From contig CAWEXO010000002.1 of NCBI GenBank assembly GCA_963813025.1, positions 99,364-163,363 on the forward strand: a DNA stretch of 64,000 nucleotides, written 5' to 3'. Below, in pieces: positions 59,735 through 64,000 of this stretch. Under the pieces are notes generated by a model, which did no database searches, was not told the DNA's origin, and saw nothing but the letters and a program-made list of their open reading frames with translations. A program made the translations under genes and the position numbers. This DNA comes from an uncultured Verrucomicrobiae bacterium. GTDB lineage: Bacteria > Verrucomicrobiota > Verrucomicrobiia > Chthoniobacterales > JAFAMB01. Position 1 is the first letter of the stretch, and each line of letters opens with the position of its first letter.

Positions 59735-61204
59735 TTGAAAAAATCAATACTCAAACTCGATCCCAGCGGACATCGCACCCCTCTGCCGCACTTTTGGGAA
59801 CATATGTTCGGCTCGTGCCGCGCGCCGGTCACGCTCTGTGAGGGTTGGCGCAACGATTTGCGTGCTCTGCGTGAGATCGTTGACGTGCGGTATGTCCGAT
59901 TCCACGGGATTTTCGGTCACGAGGTCGGCATTTATGGAGGACAGGACGCGGTCGGCAGTCTTGTGCTGAACTCCACAAAAGTCGATCTGATCTACGACGG
60001 CCTGCTCGAGATCGGCGTGCATCCTTTCGTCGAACTCGGCTTTATGCCCGAAGAAATGGCGGAGAGATCGAGCCCTCATTCGTTCTGGTATCACCCCAAC
60101 GTGTCCCCGCCGCGCGATCCGCGGCAGTGGTATCAGTTAATTTTTCAATTCGCCGCACATCTTGTACAGCGGTATGGGATTGACGTTGTTGCGCAATGGT
60201 TCTTCGAGGTTTGGAACGAGCCAAACCTTGATTTTTGGACGGGCGAACCCAAGGAAGAAACCTACTACGCACTCTACGACGTGACCGCGGCCGCCCTGAA
60301 AGCCGTTGACCGCCGCTTGCGAGTTGGAGGTCCGGCCACGGCGCAGGCGGCCTGGGTAGACCGCTTTATTGAGCACTGCGTCAAGCATGACGTCCCGGTG
60401 GACTTCGTGTCTACGCATGTTTACCCCAACGATCTTCCCTTGAACGTATTCGGCCGGCCGGAAGAAATTCCTCAATCGGAGTTGGTTAGCCGGGCTGTCC
60501 GCAAGGTCTATGAGCAAGTGCGAGCCTCGCGCAAACCGGAGTTGCCCATCATCTGGAGCGAATACAATGCCGGCTTTGCCGGGGTGCAATTGGACTCTCC
60601 GTACGTGGGCGCGTGGCTCGCCAACAACATCCGACAATGCGCCGGAGGACTTGTCACCGAGATGTCCTACTGGACGTTTACCGACGCTTTTTTCGAAGAG
60701 GGCGGCGTTTTCCGCAGCGTTTTCTCCAGCGGCTTTGGCTTGATTGCCACAGGTTCGATTCCGAAAGCCGCATTTAACGCTTTCAAAGTTCTGCACCAGC
60801 TTGGCGATCAGCAAATTTCCGTGGAGAGTGATTCCGCCTTACTGACCCAGCATTCCAGTGACGGACGCCTGGTGCTGGCGTTATGGAATTATCGGGCCCC
60901 GGATCAGCCTGGTGAAACGACGACGATGCAGATCCAATTGACTGAGGAAGCGCTTCGACGAGCCACGGTCTTTCTAGTGGACGATGATCACGGTTCTCCA
61001 TTGAAGACCTGGCAAGCGATGGGCTGCCCACCTTTTCCCAGCCGGGAACAGCAAGCGATACTTCGACGAGCAGCAGAGTTGCCCCCTCCGCAGTTTGTCG
61101 AGATCGAGGACCGCACGCATTCGATTACTTTGCTCCCGGATGCCTTGGCAGTGATCGCCTTCGCCTCGGCAGACGCACTTCGCGACGAAAATATTTTTTT
61201 TTAG
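59735..61204 (+). CDS. GH39 glycoside hydrolase (beta-xylosidase-like)
   Basis: YVRFHGIF, PFVELGFMP, FEVWNEPN (acid/base), VGGPA, DFVSTH, WSEYN (nucleophile); no signal peptide. Confidence 0.9.
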   Translation: MKKSILKLDPSGHRTPLPHFWEHMFGSCRAPVTLCEGWRNDLRALREIVDVRYVRFHGIFGHEVGIYGGQDAVGSLVLNSTKVDLIYDGLLEIGVHPFVELGFMPEEMAERSSPHSFWYHPNVSPPRDPRQWYQLIFQFAAHLVQRYGIDVVAQWFFEVWNEPNLDFWTGEPKEETYYALYDVTAAALKAVDRRLRVGGPATAQAAWVDRFIEHCVKHDVPVDFVSTHVYPNDLPLNVFGRPEEIPQSELVSRAVRKVYEQVRASRKPELPIIWSEYNAGFAGVQLDSPYVGAWLANNIRQCAGGLVTEMSYWTFTDAFFEEGGVFRSVFSSGFGLIATGSIPKAAFNAFKVLHQLGDQQISVESDSALLTQHSSDGRLVLALWNYRAPDQPGETTTMQIQLTEEALRRATVFLVDDDHGSPLKTWQAMGCPPFPSREQQAILRRAAELPPPQFVEIEDRTHSITLLPDALAVIAFASADALRDENIFF

Positions 61205-61253
61205 AAGACAGCGAAAAAGTCTCGCTAACACTCTGCCAGAAAGTTACGCTTGA

Positions 61254-63081
61254 ATGATCAGTTTGCCCGTAAGGAAGATCGCCACAAGAGGGTCGGAAGG
61301 AAACACTGCCCGGCGCAGAGGGTTACGGACGGCTTGGCGCTTGATCAAACTTTACTGGACCTCGAAAGAAAAATGGTCTGCCTGGGCTCTCCTCTTGACC
61401 ATCCTCGGCCTGAATCTGGGAACCGTTTATACCAGCGTTCAGATCAATCAGTGGAACTACCATTTTTATAACGCGCTCCAAGCGTTTCAGAGCAGTGACC
61501 TGCTCCGACAACTTGGCGTTTTCTGCGTGCTTGTAGCTCTGGCGATCGGCATGTCGGTCTGTGCCATCTATTTTAAACAAATGTTACAGATTCGCTGGCG
61601 AGCATGGCTGACCGATCGCTTTCTCACGCGCTGGTCGGCCAACGGCGCCTACTATCAGCTGGAGCTGGACAGCACTACCACCGACAATCCAGATCAACGC
61701 ATCGCCGAAGATCTTGATCGCTTTACGATGATTTTTTTGAACCTTTTCTTCGGTCTGATCTCCTCGATCGTATCGGTCGCCTCCTTCCTGATCATCCTTT
61801 GGACGCTGTCCGGTTCGGCCGATATACCGCTGGGCAAATGGCAAACGATTCATATCCCAGCCTACCTCCTCTGGGCCGCCCTGATCTACTCGGCCATCGG
61901 AACATGGCTGACAACGAAGCTTGGGCGATCGCTGGTCCCCTTGAACTACCTGCACCAGCGGTACGAAGCCGACTTCCGCTTCAGTCTCGTTCGTCTGCGC
62001 GAGAACGCTGAGAGCATTGCCTTTTACAAGGGTGAACCGGTCGAACTCAGCCACCTGCGTGAGCGTTTCGGAAATATCACGCGAAACGTTCGGCGATATC
62101 ATGAAACGCCAGCGCTCTCTCACCGGGTTCACGATGGGCTATAACCAGATCGCGGTTGTTTTTCCGCTCCTCGTGGTGTCGCCTCGCTATTTTGCGAGAC
62201 AGATTGGCTGGGGCGGTTTGATGCAAGTGGTCAATGCCTTTGCCTACGTGCAGACTTCCCTCTCGTTTATCGTGAACTCCTATAGCGATATCGCTCTTTG
62301 GCAAGCGGCGGCTGAGCGGCTCGACAATTTCGAGAATAGTCTGCAGACCATCCAGGAATTTGTTAATGAAAAGGATCAAGTCGTCGTATCTCGGCGCAGC
62401 CACGGATTAGAGGTCAAACAATGTCGCCGTTCAGTTGCCGGACGGGACACCGCTGCTCCGAGGTGTGACGTTCTCAGTGGCGTCAGCCGAATCATTGCTC
62501 ATCGTCGGCCCCAGCGGAGCGGGCAAAAGCGCCCTGCTGCGGGCAATCGCCGGAATTTGGCCATTCGCCACAGGAGACGTAAACCTGGGAAGGGGTAAAG
62601 TACTCTTTGTCCCGCAGCGTTCCTATCTTCCACTCGGTACGCTCGCCGATGCGTTGCGCTATCCTGCCGCGACTGCCACAGATTTGCCCAGAGCACAGCT
62701 GGTCGAGGTCCTCAACGCGGTCGGTCTGGGAGCGCTCGCCGACGAGCTGGAAATCACCGACAACTGGACCCGACGACTGTCGCTAGGAGAGCAACAACGG
62801 CTGGCGTTCGCCCGAGTCCTCCTCATCAAACCAGCGCTGCTCTTTCTCGATGAGGCCACGTCTGCGCTTGACGAAATCCGCCGGAGGCAGATCTTGTCTG
62901 CCGCCTGCTCCAGTCGGCCTGGCGCCCAACGTTAGTCAGCGTGGGCCACCGCAAAACGCTGATCGAGTTTCATGATCGCAGCTTGGATATTGGGCGCTTT
63001 CAGGCATTGCCTGACGCTTTGCCAGAACTAGTTTCGTCTACCAGTGAACCGGCATGGGCGGCCCGAAACGCGAACCGATAA
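61254..63081 (+). pseudogene. YddA-like fused ABC transporter (ABC_membrane_2/SbmA-like plus ATPase), broken by several frameshifts
   Basis: FYNALQ, DNPDQRIAED, RYEADFRFSLVRLRENAESIA / PRYF..GGLMQ / GPSGAGKS, LSLGEQQRLAFAR, LDEATSALD / VSVGHR, spread over at least 4 segments. Confidence 0.8.
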
Positions 63082-63160
63082 ATCGATCCAAGTCCGCAAC
63101 GGGCTGCGCCAGGTTTTCTCGGGAGGCTGATCGGCTCGTTGATCAAAGGCACGAACGCAG

Positions 63161-64000
63161 GTGAGATCCGCCCGTCTGCCACCGTTGAGCGAAGATGAGC
63201 TCCTGCTGGAAATACAGCGGCGCGACTCTCTTTTTCTGGGAAAAAGCGCATCCCATAACCGGCTTAGTCAACGATCGGGCGAACAATTTTGGGACGGATC
63301 GCTACACTATTTCTTCATGTGCGGCCACCGGCTTCGGATTGGCTGCGTTGCCGATTGGAATCGAACATGGATGGCTCGAACGGAAAGACGCACTCTACCG
63401 GGCGGAAACGACTCTGCGTTTTCTCCTTTCCATGCCGCAGGTCCACGGATGGATGCCTCATTTCATCACGAATGACCACGGCGCGCGCGTCAACGAAAGT
63501 GAATATTCCAGTATCGATACCGCCCTTCTGGGCCGGGCGCCCTCGTGTGCGCACAATATTTTGCGGCCGACCCGACCGCGGCTGAGATCACCCTGCTCGA
63601 AACGAACTTTACCAACGGCTCGATTGGCCATGGATCCTTACTAATAACCAAACCGAGCCGGCGAAAAGAATCGTCTCGCACGGTTGGCGGCCGGAAACAG
63701 GCTTCCTTCCCTACAACTACGGTTCCTACAGCGAGGCGATCCTGCTGTACCTCCTAGGTTTAGGGGCGCCGCGAGATCCTTTGGCACCCGAAACCTGGGC
63801 CGCGATCGATCGTCCGCTGCTGAAACACTACGGAGACTTTGGAGTCCTATTGGCCGGGAGGACCCATTTTTGTTCACCAGATGCCCCAGAGCTTTTTTCC
63901 ACTGCTGAGAACTCGCCGGGATGATCTGGGTTTTGATTACTGGGCGTCCTCGGCCCAGGCGATGTCGAATCCATCGGCAGTTCTGTCGAGATCATGCCGC
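63161..64000 (+). pseudogene. Glycoamylase/GH144-like (alpha/alpha)6 glycoside hydrolase, frameshifted and running off the window
   Basis: FFWEKAHP.TGLVNDRA, SSCAATGFGLAALPIG.E.GW, HGWMPHF, EYSSIDTALL, YSEAILLYLLGLG. Confidence 0.7.

Overview
Bacterial chromosomal segment of fairly high GC. Gene content and style suggest Verrucomicrobiota, possibly Chthoniobacterales-like; this is inference only. From left to right it holds: LPS genes (msbA, GT9, GT4); an uncharacterised sugar module (TIM-barrel isomerase, Gfo/Idh/MocA, PMI-like cupin, zwf); two tandem unknown exported paralogues; pta; a roughly 17.7 kb minus-strand respiratory super-operon; pnp and rpsO; an orphan type III PKS plus ACP; uvrD/pcrA; a liv-type ABC operon; a polyprenyl synthase; radC; a relic patch; lpxA, galE, lptD, ugd, rsmB, panD, sanA-like, aroD, a C39 peptidase, TraB/GumN and GH39; and two frameshifted genes at the right end. 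The respiratory operon runs alternative complex III actABCDEF(G), then a CcoN-like/CcoO-like/cytochrome c module, then an A1-type aa3 oxidase with ctaA, ctaB, coxC and a SCO-like gene. Three observations stand out. (1) The full-length CcoN homologue has lost all six metal-ligand His and the cross-link Tyr, while its CcoO and cytochrome c partners keep their haem motifs. It is a candidate pseudo-enzyme scaffold wiring ACIII to the aa3 oxidase, and the SCO homologue in the same operon has no Cys at all. (2) Intergenic spaces hold many small palindromic elements: inverted arrays of 6/7/8/9-bp tandem repeats (one carrying a four-helix-bundle relic), a 279-bp CTAG-bounded MITE found within those arrays, and REP/REPIN families. 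(3) Scattered single-base frameshifts are probably sequencing or assembly errors. No rRNA, tRNA or CRISPR array was recognised.
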